Shown piece after piece: positions 1 to 9,106 of a stretch of DNA of 64,000 nucleotides (positions within the stretch are counted from its first letter, which is position 1; each line of letters opens with the position of its first letter). The position numbers were made by a program, and so were the translations under genes. The stretch lies in the IMG/VR virus record IMGVR_UViG_3300049144_000095, positions 96,001 through 160,000 of that record; one strand, written 5' to 3'. Origin of the DNA: a virus. Its lineage: Duplodnaviria; Caudoviricetes. The notes under the pieces are model-generated. The model was not told where the DNA came from, made no database searches, and saw only the letters and a list, made by a program, of their open reading frames with translations.

Positions 1-950
1 TGCGCGTCCGCGTACCTGCGCATGCACACCCCTGGCTTGCCACATGTCCGACTTGCCTCTCTTGTTCTCTTCTTTCCTTCCATCCCTCCCCTTTCTCTCA
101 CATCCCCACATGCCCACATGATTCGGGCATATGGGACAGACTCCCGTGCTGGCCAGTGGAGCGCACACACGCGCGTAGGGAGCCTGTTTCCCCAGGTCAG
201 ACCTAGTGTCAGGACAAATGGGACACCCCTCCTGACCTGCGATGTTTGCAGTTGGCCTATTGCTGACAGAACGTCTCGTAAGCAATCGCGCCGACACAGT
301 GAACCGAGCAACAAAAGCCCAGCTCAGAGGCATGATCAGCGTTGATCCCGACATATGGGACAGGCTTGTGACCTGCGGTTATGTCGAGCCGAGTGCAGGT
401 TTCGAGCGAGAGAAATACCGTCGCCTCTCGTCTCATCTAGAGGCATAAGGCTTGGTTCCACTCTTGTGTTCTCTTGTCTGTATGTGTCTACACAGACACA
501 CCAAACTGGACACATGGGACAGAACTTCTTTCCGTGCTGGTCAAGTGCCTTTTTCTGCACTTCTTTGCGACCCCCTTTGACTCCCCCGAAACCCTCCCCG
601 ACCCTGTCCGTTTCGCCCTGACATGCGGGACTTTCTCCTGTGACCTGGGTCACACATTCGAGTGGAAAGCAGTTTCCACTAGCGTTTGCATACCCCCCAG
701 CTTTCGCAAATCGCTGCCCTTGTATCGCCATGTATGTCCGTTTCCCTCATGGGGCTCTGATCCCTGAGACCCCTTCTGACCTGCACAAATAACTTTCTCG
801 CTAGCATCGTCGCAGGTCATACAGCATGGCCTAGGCCGTTATCTGTTCGTTACCAACTTCCCTTTTGTTGCTGGTCAGAGCGCTATCCAAGTCGCGACCC
901 GGCATGTCCTGACTTTTGGGAGCCTGGAGCGGACAGAGCCATGACCTGCG
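1..950. other. AT-richer, pyrimidine-rich non-coding left-end region (possible genome terminus/terminal repeat)
   Basis: Visibly lower GC than the rest; no credible genes; 4x ATGGGACA (131, 218, 355, 514) and 7x TGACCTG/CAGGTCA (193, 233, 369, 641, 777, 813, 942). Confidence 0.45.
827..838. promoter_or_regulatory. Palindromic operator-like site 1 (TGGCCTAGGCCG)
   Basis: Matches YGRCCTAGGYCR seen 10 times, always intergenic. Confidence 0.7.
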
Positions 951-1317
951 GTTTCTTAATCGTTGCTCTCGCCTTCGATAACGCAATGAATCCCATCATG
1001 CCAATCTTGTGTTGTCCCGCCGGGCACATGGCCAACGGGACGCAACGCACCACGAGGCAAGCCGCACACGCAAACCCCTTCGGGGGGGCCGCGACGTTGC
1101 AGCTTGGGCGAGTGGTCCGGAGAGCGGGAACGCCGGTAGTCGTAACGCCGGTAACCCGATCGATGGGGTTCCTTGAGATGTTCGGAGCCGAACGCGAGAC
1201 GCCCGGGTCGTACCGGGTAGCGCGGGAGGCGCAAGCGGCGAGATGCGGGCCGGAAATCGCATCGCTCGACTCTGGGGGAGGGTGTTTCCCTCCGTCAGTT
1301 CGGGACCGGCGCACGCG

Positions 1318-1530
1318 GAGTACGCAGCCACTTGCCGGAACGCCTTACAGCCGCAACCTGCGCGGCGGGGGAATCCGGGAATGTTGTGGGAAACACGTGT
1401 CAGGGAGTTAGTCCGGCCCGACGAGATGCGGCGCACGTGAGTACGCGTCACTTGCCAGGAAGTGCAACCCCAATCCACGGGGGGAAGTCTGGGAATACAT
1501 GCGGGAAAGCGTGTCAAGTCAGTTAGTCCG
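1318..1530 (+). repeat. Degenerate tandem repeat, 2 units about 120 bp apart
   Basis: Shared blocks GAGTACGC..CACTTGCC, GGGGAA..C.GGGAAT, GGGAAA..CGTGTCA, AGTTAGTCCG at about 1318-1415 and 1439-1530. Confidence 0.6.
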
Positions 1531-1952
1531 CGAACGGTGCCCGTTGCACCCTGGATTCGAGTCAAAACGCACTGCGCGAGTACGGCGCAGATGATTGCAC
1601 GTTCTTCGGTTAGGAAACCCGGGGCGATACGTGCACAACGGTACGGCCGGATACGGGGAGACTCGGAAACTCCCCCCGGCGGCGCACGGGGGCCGCGTAG
1701 CGGCTCCCGTGACACACGCATTACCCGGCGGGACGGATGCTGACGCATCACGCACGGACTGACGTCCTGATCTACGGGACGCGTGACGACGTAACGCGCG
1801 GTCCGTCCCGCCACATCGCTCACGTTTGGTGAGTACGAGCGGACAACTTGCGTCCGATAGGCACCGGTCAAGAGCCGGGCAACCTATTACGGGTGAGCTG
1901 TGTCCGTTCCTCCCACTGCGCGTTGGTGGTGAATCCGGAAAGGGGATGCGGG

Positions 1953-2129
1953 ATGACGGTTTATCTCGCGAACGGCGGAACGCTTACGGTCCTGGCAAAT
2001 GGGACCGTGGAACTCCGCCGGAACGGACAGACAATGCGGGTGAGCGGGCGCGGCAGTCACCGCGCAACGGCGGATTGGGTCCGCTCCCTGGCGTTCGGCC
2101 GTGACGTTCGGTACGTCACGGCAGGCTGA
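1953..2129 (+). CDS. hypothetical protein (58 aa)
   Basis: ATG after CCGGAAAGGGG start-associated motif. Confidence 0.7.
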   Translation: MTVYLANGGTLTVLANGTVELRRNGQTMRVSGRGSHRATADWVRSLAFGRDVRYVTAG

Positions 2130-2178
2130 CAGTCGCTCCGTAAAGGCGGAGCGCGGGCATTCGGAAAGGGCAGGAACC

Positions 2179-3939
2179 ATGGGACGAACCTTTGTTGCAC
2201 TGAACAGCGACGGACAGCCGCGTATGTACGGGTACGCCCGGGGCGCGGGTCACGTCGTCCTGATCCCGGTGGACGCGATGAACGATCCTTTGGCGACGGG
2301 CGGCGTGCTGGAAACGCCGTGCGGCGGTAAGGGAGTGGACTCCGAACGGCTCACGGAGAAGTTCACCGGTGACAAGATGTGCACGCGTTGCGTTGCGTGG
2401 CTCGACTCCGACGGGGGCCGCAACGACGTCGAAGCGGCGCGGGAAGCGAAGTGGGACCGTGAGAACACGGGTCCGTCCCTCGCGGAGATCATGGGCGACC
2501 ACATCCTGATCACGCTTGACGGGGCGCGGGAGGTGAAGGGGCCGGACGCGCGGGAGGAGTCTGCCCCGGAGCCGGTCCGGGAGATCACCCGCGAGGAAGT
2601 GCGGGACCTTATCGGGCGCAGCAAGCGGGGCGCGGCCGTGCGGAAGCGCGAGGCGGCCGTAGAGCGGGAGCGGGAGCGGTTGGCCGCGCAGCGGAAGGCG
2701 CGGGAAGCGCGGGATGCTGCTGCGGAAGCGCGGGAGGAGTCTGCCCAGGAGTCGGAGCCGGTACAGGGTGAGCTGTGGGGCAAGACTCATGCGGAGATGC
2801 GGGCGGCGGTCGCAACCTTCTACGCGTCCGGTAAGCCTGTCCCGGCGGAAGTTGCCGCTCTGCCTGATCCGGCCGTGGTGCAGGTTCAGTGGTCCGGGAC
2901 GAACGGCGCGGGGGACACCGACTGGCGCGGATGCGAGGGTGCCGGTCCGGTGGCGGTCGTCAACGCGGAGCGGACGCACGGGAAGTGCCCGGCATGCAAC
3001 GCGTACATCGAATTGACGGACACCGAGGGGGAAGAGGACTTCCGCATCGGGTCGCACTACGAATACGGGGTCGCGGCCCCCGCCAACCCCCACATGTCGT
3101 CACAGTCGTTGGACGCCGTGGAACACGGGACGGTGCCCGGGTCCCCCGTGATCGCGAACAAGCGGCGCAAGGTCGAAGCACTGTGCAAGCGTTCTGACAA
3201 GGTGGCGCGCGGCGTCACCCAGGGCGGAGCGAAGCAGTGCCCGGAGTGCGCGCGGTCGGTGGAACTGTACAGGCGGGAGCGCACCGTCAAGGGCAAAGCG
3301 AAGGTGCAGTGGGTCTACCCGGAACACGTCGACTCGCGGGACACGTTCGGTCGGTCGGGAGCGGACGGCAAGGGTGAGCGCAAGGTCACGCCGCGCGGGA
3401 GTGGCGCGGACGCCGGTAAGGGCGCGCGGGATCACGGGAGTGTGAACGGCTCCGCGAACACGGGGGCCCACAACCTCCCGCCCGTCCAGCCCAAGAGCGG
3501 ATGGCTGGCCGTGGCCGGTACGTCGGTCCTCTCTGCCACGGTGCGTCCGGGTGTGGATCCGGTGGTGCAGGGCGAGTGGTGCCCGCTGTGCAAGGGTCCG
3601 AAGAACATCGTGCACCGTGGCAAGTCGCGCGGGTGGCGCCGTGACCACTCGAAGAAGATGGCGGCCTGGCACAAGGAGCAGGACGCAAAGCGCGCGGTCA
3701 AGCGGGAGCGGGACACGCAGCAGGGTAAGCGACTCCCCCAGGGTGCGCGTAAGGCCGCGCGGCAGGCTGCGAGCGTCGGGAGTTTCGCCGAAGGGACCGT
3801 GGCCGGTGTGGTGATGCGCGGGACGCGTCCGGAGGACACCCCCGCCGGGACGCCGGTCGGCAAGCGCACGCGACAGGTCAGCAAGCGCACCCCCGCCCCG
3901 GGTGAGGCGGAAGCGGTCAAGGGCGGCAAACGCAAGTAG
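2179..3939 (+). CDS. large basic protein with multiple CxxC zinc-ribbon-like motifs (586 aa)
   Basis: ATG after TCGGAAAGGG; CTRC, CPAC, CPEC, CPLC; charged coiled-coil segment; Arg/Lys-rich tail. Confidence 0.85.
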   Translation: MGRTFVALNSDGQPRMYGYARGAGHVVLIPVDAMNDPLATGGVLETPCGGKGVDSERLTEKFTGDKMCTRCVAWLDSDGGRNDVEAAREAKWDRENTGPSLAEIMGDHILITLDGAREVKGPDAREESAPEPVREITREEVRDLIGRSKRGAAVRKREAAVERERERLAAQRKAREARDAAAEAREESAQESEPVQGELWGKTHAEMRAAVATFYASGKPVPAEVAALPDPAVVQVQWSGTNGAGDTDWRGCEGAGPVAVVNAERTHGKCPACNAYIELTDTEGEEDFRIGSHYEYGVAAPANPHMSSQSLDAVEHGTVPGSPVIANKRRKVEALCKRSDKVARGVTQGGAKQCPECARSVELYRRERTVKGKAKVQWVYPEHVDSRDTFGRSGADGKGERKVTPRGSGADAGKGARDHGSVNGSANTGAHNLPPVQPKSGWLAVAGTSVLSATVRPGVDPVVQGEWCPLCKGPKNIVHRGKSRGWRRDHSKKMAAWHKEQDAKRAVKRERDTQQGKRLPQGARKAARQAASVGSFAEGTVAGVVMRGTRPEDTPAGTPVGKRTRQVSKRTPAPGEAEAVKGGKRK

Positions 3940-4003
3940 CAGGCACGTTCACGCTCGGGGGCCCGGGACGGTCCGGGCCCCCTCCGGAGAGGACTCAGAA
4001 AAG

Positions 4004-4189
4004 ATGAGCTGGATTCAGAACCTGCCCGCGTACGCCATCCGTCGGGGCCTCGCGAACGGGGACTTCAGGCCCGAGCAGATCGCCGAGGCGGAGCGGCGCT
4101 TGACGGAACTCACGGTCGACCGGCCGCGCATGGTGATCGGTCTGGGGGTCCGGGACGACCGGCCACGCGGCGTCGTCGCCGTGGGCTGA
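4004..4189 (+). CDS. hypothetical protein
   Basis: GGAGAGGA upstream; co-oriented ORF. Confidence 0.7.
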   Translation: MSWIQNLPAYAIRRGLANGDFRPEQIAEAERRLTELTVDRPRMVIGLGVRDDRPRGVVAVG

Positions 4190-4275
4190 CACGGCACAGC
4201 TCCGACCGCAGACAGGTGACGTGCGGGGGTCCGGGGACCGTTTCGGACCCCCGCCCCGGAAAGGGAGAGATACGC

Positions 4276-4731
4276 ATGGACGGTAAGGGTGAGACGCGGG
4301 TGCGGCGACGGTGGGCAGTGATGCCCCGGGACGGGAGCAGGCGGGTCGGCAGGGTGGAACGGTCGGTGTACCTGATCTGCGCGGTCGCGGTCGCGGGTGC
4401 GGCACTGCGGGTCGCGGCGCTGCTCTCCGGGACGGGAGCGGACACCGCCGGGGACACCACGGAGCGGGACCGGCAGATGATCATGACCGGTGGCTACCTG
4501 TCGTGGCAGGTGACGGACGGGTGTGCGCAGGGTCCGGTGGAGTGCAGCCGGGTACTGCGGGAGGCCAACGTCGGGGGTCGCGCGTACGGGGTGCGCGTGA
4601 TGAGCGACGGATCGCTGATCGGGCGGGACGACGATCCCGGTGCGGTCACGGTATCGGTGTCGGAGCTGCCCGCCGGTGACTGCTGGTGGGAGGTCAAGGC
4701 GGACGGTTCTACGGAACCGCTCTGCAAGTGA
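4276..4731 (+). CDS. membrane-anchored hypothetical protein
   Basis: CCGGAAAGGGAG upstream; hydrophobic segment VYLICAVAVAGAALRVAALL; 4 downstream Cys. Confidence 0.75.
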   Translation: MDGKGETRVRRRWAVMPRDGSRRVGRVERSVYLICAVAVAGAALRVAALLSGTGADTAGDTTERDRQMIMTGGYLSWQVTDGCAQGPVECSRVLREANVGGRAYGVRVMSDGSLIGRDDDPGAVTVSVSELPAGDCWWEVKADGSTEPLCK

Positions 4732-4828
4732 CGTGACGGAGATGCGCGCCGGGGTCGCCGGGCCGTGACGGTCCGGGGTCCCTGGGGTGCCGCTCGGAAG
4801 CGGTATTCATCGGAGAGGGGTAAGAGAC

Positions 4829-5245
4829 ATGGGCAACTACACGAACCGCGTTTCCCTGCTGCTGGCCGGGATCATCGCGTTGCTGATGGCTCCGTCGGGC
4901 GCGGCGGACGCGGCACCGATGGGCGGGACCCGCGTCGCGGCGGTGCGGTCCGTCTGTGAGACGGGGTACCGGGGGATGCCGGAGTACGACCGCTACTGCC
5001 TGGTCAACGGCACGGCGCGGGACGGGATGCGCCTGTGGTTCGCGGAGATCGACGGCAAGCGCTACAGCGTGCGGGAGCGGCGCGCGATGTGCCGGGACGC
5101 GCGGGCGACCGGCAGCATCCGGCGGGGTGCCATGGACCTGATGAACGACGTCGCCTACGACCGCTACCGCAACTACCGGGATGTCCTGCGGGTGACGGGC
5201 GCGGTCGCGGTGCTGGACTGCCGGGCGCTGGGCATCAAGGGCTGA
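4829..5245 (+). CDS. putative secreted protein
   Basis: Signal-peptide-like N-terminus (LLLAGIIALLMAPSGAADA-A); 4 Cys. Confidence 0.75.
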   Translation: MGNYTNRVSLLLAGIIALLMAPSGAADAAPMGGTRVAAVRSVCETGYRGMPEYDRYCLVNGTARDGMRLWFAEIDGKRYSVRERRAMCRDARATGSIRRGAMDLMNDVAYDRYRNYRDVLRVTGAVAVLDCRALGIKG

Positions 5246-5262
5246 CGGTCGGGATCGGCTGA

Positions 5263-5299
5263 CGGGAGCGCCCCGGGGGACAACTCCGGGGCGCTGACG
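5263..5299 (+). repeat. intergenic stem-loop family member (CTGACG foot)
   Basis: CGGG-AGCGCCCCGG/CCGGGGCGCT-GACG. Confidence 0.7.
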
Positions 5300-5384
5300 C
5301 CAACTTGTCGCGACGGACGTAAAGGCGTCCGGGACTTAATCCGGACCCGGCGGTTGCCGGGTCCGGCGGAAAGGAAAGTCACGC

Positions 5385-5645
5385 ATGGGAATCACCACGG
5401 TTGTCACCGATGGCGGAATGGTCTTCCTGGACGACGCGCCGTTGCCGGTGCGGTCGGAAGACGTCGAGCCGCGCGACTCGGCCACGGTGCCTTCGGCACT
5501 GCGGGACCACGCGCACACCGTTCTGCCGAACGAGCCGGGTGACTGGTGGACGGTCGGGGAGTTCCGGGACAGGGACGGGGAGTTCACCACGGCCGTTGCC
5601 CGGCGGATTCCGGACGGGGTCGTGCGGTACGGGACGTCCGACTAG
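5385..5645 (+). CDS. hypothetical protein
   Basis: GCGGAAAGGAAAG upstream. Confidence 0.75.
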   Translation: MGITTVVTDGGMVFLDDAPLPVRSEDVEPRDSATVPSALRDHAHTVLPNEPGDWWTVGEFRDRDGEFTTAVARRIPDGVVRYGTSD

Positions 5646-5697
5646 GCGCATTCGCGCGGGTCGGCGACAGGTTGTCGGAAACGGAGAGGAAACGGTC

Positions 5698-6036
5698 ATG
5701 GGTGTTTCGCTGAGCAAGCCGGGCGACGCGTTGGGCACGTGGAGCGAAGGGGTCGGGGTGAAGGGTGAGCCGGTGCGGGTCATGGCCGGACTGCCGGTCC
5801 GCAAGATCAGGGGGCCGGTGATCCGGGTGTCCGGAATGCGCTATGCGGGACGGAACATCGTGTCCGTCGCGGTGGAACCGGTGCTGGGTGACCGCATCGG
5901 ACAGTCCACGCTGATCGCGGCGGACGGGGTGGAGCACAGTTACGGAGACGTCGGGCCGCTGCTCCGTCTGCGGTTCTGGTGGCTGCGCCACACGATTGAC
6001 GCCGGAACCTACGCGGGCATCGGCCGGATGCGCTAA
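5698..6036 (+). CDS. hypothetical protein
   Basis: ACGGAGAGGAA upstream. Confidence 0.75.
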   Translation: MGVSLSKPGDALGTWSEGVGVKGEPVRVMAGLPVRKIRGPVIRVSGMRYAGRNIVSVAVEPVLGDRIGQSTLIAADGVEHSYGDVGPLLRLRFWWLRHTIDAGTYAGIGRMR

Positions 6037-6044
6037 CCTGTTCG

Positions 6045-6056
6045 TGGCCTAGGCCG
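6045..6056. promoter_or_regulatory. Palindromic operator-like site 2 (TGGCCTAGGCCG)
   Basis: Intergenic; 22 bp before the next start. Confidence 0.75.
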
Positions 6057-6078
6057 ACGGAAGGGAGAGGGGAACGGA

Positions 6079-6408
6079 ATGACGCAGAACATGTTGGGTG
6101 AAGCGGAGCGATTCTGGGACCAGGACGCGCGGGAGTTCGTCTCCGGGCACATCGTGGTGCGGGTCTCGTTCGCGATGGATCTGTCGAGGCAGTGCGCGGC
6201 CCGGGGCGTGATGCTCACGGACGACGGAACCGTGTACACGTGGACGATCCGGCGTCCCGGCCACGAGGACATGAACGGCTGCCGGAGGATCGCGACGCGG
6301 GTACGCGGGACGCTCCGGGACAACGCGTTCGGCCTGCTGGAGTTCGAGCGGAAGTACGTCGAGCCCGGCCTGTACGTGCGGTACGGCGCGGCGATCAGGG
6401 CGCTGTAG
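6079..6408 (+). CDS. hypothetical protein
   Basis: ACGGAAGGGAGAGG upstream. Confidence 0.8.
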   Translation: MTQNMLGEAERFWDQDAREFVSGHIVVRVSFAMDLSRQCAARGVMLTDDGTVYTWTIRRPGHEDMNGCRRIATRVRGTLRDNAFGLLEFERKYVEPGLYVRYGAAIRAL

Positions 6409-6495
6409 GCACCGGGGAGTCGCGCTAGGGCGGCCGGGAGTCATTCCGGCCGCCCGGGGGTGTCGCCCGGCACTGAGGTACGGAAAGGGGAAGGC

Positions 6496-6966
6496 ATGTA
6501 CGAGGTTGTCCGACCGGAACGCAAGATCGGGACGTCGGACGGGTGGCGGACCGAGCCGGAACAGCGGCGCACGTTCCACACGGCGGCCGGTCTGTTCCGG
6601 TGGGCGCTGCGGGAGCGGGTGTTCAGTCACCGCACCGGCGGGGTGCCGTACCCGACCCGGTTCGATGACGTCCACCTGGGCGACCGGAACGGTGACGAGG
6701 GGTACGACTACCACCTGATCGACACGTTCACCCCGTGGGAGATCACGGGTGAGCATCTGGCCGCGATGCGCCGGGTGCAGCGCCGGTACGCGGAGATCGT
6801 TCACTACCTGCGGGAGGTCGAGCCGGGGTGGGAGCCGGACACGTCCGTGAGCCCGACCGGCAAGATCAGTTACGCGGACAACTCCGTGGTCCTGTACGAG
6901 ATCAGCAAGTACGGCGGGAAGCGGAGCCGGACGCTGGTCGCCCCGCACGGTGACGCCTGCTTCTGA
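6496..6966 (+). CDS. hypothetical protein
   Basis: ACGGAAAGGGGAAGG upstream. Confidence 0.8.
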   Translation: MYEVVRPERKIGTSDGWRTEPEQRRTFHTAAGLFRWALRERVFSHRTGGVPYPTRFDDVHLGDRNGDEGYDYHLIDTFTPWEITGEHLAAMRRVQRRYAEIVHYLREVEPGWEPDTSVSPTGKISYADNSVVLYEISKYGGKRSRTLVAPHGDACF

Positions 6967-6984
6967 CGGACCGGGACCGGCGGA

Positions 6985-7031
6985 CGGGAGCGCCCCCGGG
7001 CGGGGCGTTCCAGCCTGCCTATCGCGGCAGG
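6985..7031 (+). repeat. intergenic double stem-loop family member
   Basis: CGGGAGCGCCCC/GGGGCGTTCCAG then CCTGCC/GGCAGG. Confidence 0.75.
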
Positions 7032-7050
7032 TCGGAGAGGGGAACGGAAC

Positions 7051-7653
7051 GTGACGAACCGGACGGTTCGGTACGCGAAGGTGCGCACGGCGGGTGACTC
7101 GGACCGGAATGACGGGATCGGTGTTCAGTACGGAACGAACATCCCGCACCGGTCGATTCGAGATCTTCCGGTGGAGACATTCGCTTCAGTCATGCTGCGG
7201 GACAGGACGACGCGCGGCGCTTGCGCCAGGAAGGCAAGGGCGGAAAGGGGAGGAAAGGTGGGACAGATGCTTCAGGTTGTGGAACTGCGGGACGTACCGG
7301 CGCCGGGTGCGCCGCATCCGGAAAGCGGGTTCGAAGGATGGGTGCCGCTGGCGGACGCGATGGCGGCCGGGATCGACCTGTCGTACGTGACGGACGGGAT
7401 CGGCCCCCGGGTGCGCGGCATGGTCTACCGGGGCGGGTACCTGCGGAACGTCAGCACGGTGCACAACGTGTTCGTGTGCGTGGCTCCGGCGGACAGGGAC
7501 CCGGAGACGGGACGGCCCCGCCCCCGCCGTGCGGTGTGGTGGGATGTGGCGGAAGAGTCGGCCGACGACGACGGGCGGGTCCGGCGCCATATGACGTCAT
7601 GGCAGTACGACAGGGACAACAGGCCGTTGTTCATGGCGCTGAACGTCGGGTGA
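7051..7653 (+). CDS. hypothetical protein; apparent in-frame fusion of a paralog of 7743-7940 to a second gene (internal start 7258/7267)
   Basis: N-terminal about 58 aa resembles 7743-7940; internal CGGAAAGGGGAGG motif at 7241. Confidence 0.75.
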   Translation: MTNRTVRYAKVRTAGDSDRNDGIGVQYGTNIPHRSIRDLPVETFASVMLRDRTTRGACARKARAERGGKVGQMLQVVELRDVPAPGAPHPESGFEGWVPLADAMAAGIDLSYVTDGIGPRVRGMVYRGGYLRNVSTVHNVFVCVAPADRDPETGRPRPRRAVWWDVAEESADDDGRVRRHMTSWQYDRDNRPLFMALNVG

Positions 7654-7672
7654 CAGAACCGGAGTCGGCGGA

Positions 7673-7720
7673 CGGGAGCGCCCGGGATTCCGGGCGTTTC
7701 CACCTGCCTGCTGTGGCAGC
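7673..7720 (+). repeat. intergenic double stem-loop family member
   Basis: CGGGAGCGCCCGG/CCGGGCGTTTCCA then CTGCC/GGCAG. Confidence 0.75.
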
Positions 7721-7742
7721 GACCTTCGGGAAGAGAGAAGAA

Positions 7743-7940
7743 ATGGCGAACCAGACGATCAAGCACGCGAAGGTGCGCGCGAAGGTGGACCCGGACCGCG
7801 AGGACGGGGTGAAGGGGCACGCGGGAGTCGGTGTCTACTTCGGGTCGAACGTCGCCCGCCGGGAGATGGAGGGGTTGCCGCTGGCCAAGTTCACGGCGCT
7901 TCTGCCCCGGGTGAAGACGACGCATGGGGTCTGTCACTGA
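7743..7940 (+). CDS. hypothetical protein (paralog of the N-terminus of 7051-7653)
   Basis: GGAAGAGAGAAG upstream; MANQTIKHAKVR...TTHGVCH. Confidence 0.8.
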   Translation: MANQTIKHAKVRAKVDPDREDGVKGHAGVGVYFGSNVARREMEGLPLAKFTALLPRVKTTHGVCH

Positions 7941-7965
7941 CGGAAGACAGGGAGAGGGGACGACG

Positions 7966-8205
7966 TTGGCAACCTGCTTGCCCCTGTATGCGCTGTACCT
8001 GTGCAGCGGATGGCTGATTCTGGATCGCGGGATCAAGTACCCGCCCGCCGCGCTGCGCAGAGAGGTTGCACTGAACGGCGTAGGGAGTTCACTGGGAGAC
8101 CGGTGGTTCAACGCCAGTCTGGCCGTTGCCTACCTGCTCGTCCTGCATGTGTGGCCGGTCGCCGTGTACCGGAAGCTGCGTCATGGACGCGTCGTAGGCA
8201 AGTGA
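7966..8205 (+). CDS. small membrane protein
   Basis: TTG after GGGAGAGGGG; two hydrophobic segments. Confidence 0.65.
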   Translation: MATCLPLYALYLCSGWLILDRGIKYPPAALRREVALNGVGSSLGDRWFNASLAVAYLLVLHVWPVAVYRKLRHGRVVGK

Positions 8206-8222
8206 CAGTCGGGATCGGCGGA

Positions 8223-8270
8223 CGGGAGCGCCCGGGACTCCGGGCGTTCCAGCCTGTCAGTCGTGACAGG
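8223..8270 (+). repeat. intergenic double stem-loop family member
   Basis: CGGGAGCGCCCGG/CCGGGCGTTCCAG then CCTGTCA/TGACAGG. Confidence 0.75.
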
Positions 8271-8286
8271 AGGAAAGGGGAAGAGC

Positions 8287-8853
8287 ATGCGCACGCAGAC
8301 CACTCCGGTGCGGATGGAAACCAAGTACGGGGCGCTGTACATCGCCATCGAACCCGCCGACGAGTACAGCTACCGCGACACGGAGCGCGGGAACGTCATC
8401 GAGCTGCGGCCCCAGTTGCGGGTGTGCACCGCCCCGGAGTTCGAGGCGGACGCGGTGGCGGAGCACTGGACCATTCGGGGCCGGGCCTACACCATCCACG
8501 ACTTCATGATCTTCGACGCGCGGCGGGACGGGCGGTGGCACCGGCTCCGGTCGCCGTACATGGGAGGGTTCCGCAACGACCGCCGGGGTCCGGTGGAGTT
8601 CAGGACGGCGACGTTCGACCTGATGCGGGACACCGTGGTCACGGCGCTGGACGAGTTCGCGGCGCGTCACCCGGGATGGGAGGACGTCAGCCGCTACCTG
8701 CTGCACTCGAACAAGGCGACCGGCGCGGAGCTGGCGGCGATGGAGGCCCGTAGGGAGGCGGAGAGGTACGACGCGGAGGCGGCGGAGTTCCGGACGCGGG
8801 CGGAGCCCTTCGCGGCGGCCCTGTCGAAGAGCGGGATCAGCCTGACCGGCTGA
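8287..8853 (+). CDS. hypothetical protein with C-terminal coiled coil
   Basis: GGAAAGGGGAAG upstream. Confidence 0.85.
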   Translation: MRTQTTPVRMETKYGALYIAIEPADEYSYRDTERGNVIELRPQLRVCTAPEFEADAVAEHWTIRGRAYTIHDFMIFDARRDGRWHRLRSPYMGGFRNDRRGPVEFRTATFDLMRDTVVTALDEFAARHPGWEDVSRYLLHSNKATGAELAAMEARREAERYDAEAAEFRTRAEPFAAALSKSGISLTG

Positions 8854-8892
8854 CCGGACCCGGCGCGAACGGAAGCAAGGGAGGTGCGGGAC

Positions 8893-9084
8893 ATGGACGG
8901 AATGCGGCTCGAAGACGCTCCGCAATGGGTTCAGGATCTCGTGGTGGACAAGGCTCTCGGCTTCCTGGAGACGACCGAACAGGGCGAGCCGGTCCGGGTG
9001 GAAAGCGTAACGGACAGGATCGCAAAGATCCGGGTCGGAGAGTTCGTGTACACGGCCTTCCGCGCGGAGTGGTGGATCAGCTAG
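8893..9084 (+). CDS. hypothetical protein
   Basis: GGAGG 8 nt upstream. Confidence 0.7.
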   Translation: MDGMRLEDAPQWVQDLVVDKALGFLETTEQGEPVRVESVTDRIAKIRVGEFVYTAFRAEWWIS

Positions 9085-9106
9085 GTACGGAAAGGGTGAG
9101 GAAACG

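Noticed and set aside
1-60. Archetypal Streptomyces linear-replicon telomere
   Set aside because: Lacks CCCGCGGAGCGGG and the stacked palindromes
22-1871. ORF-track ORFs in the left end (22-345, 242-448, 941-1411, 996-1871 etc.)
   Set aside because: No SD or start motif, atypical codon usage, mutually overlapping; 242-448 cannot be fully excluded
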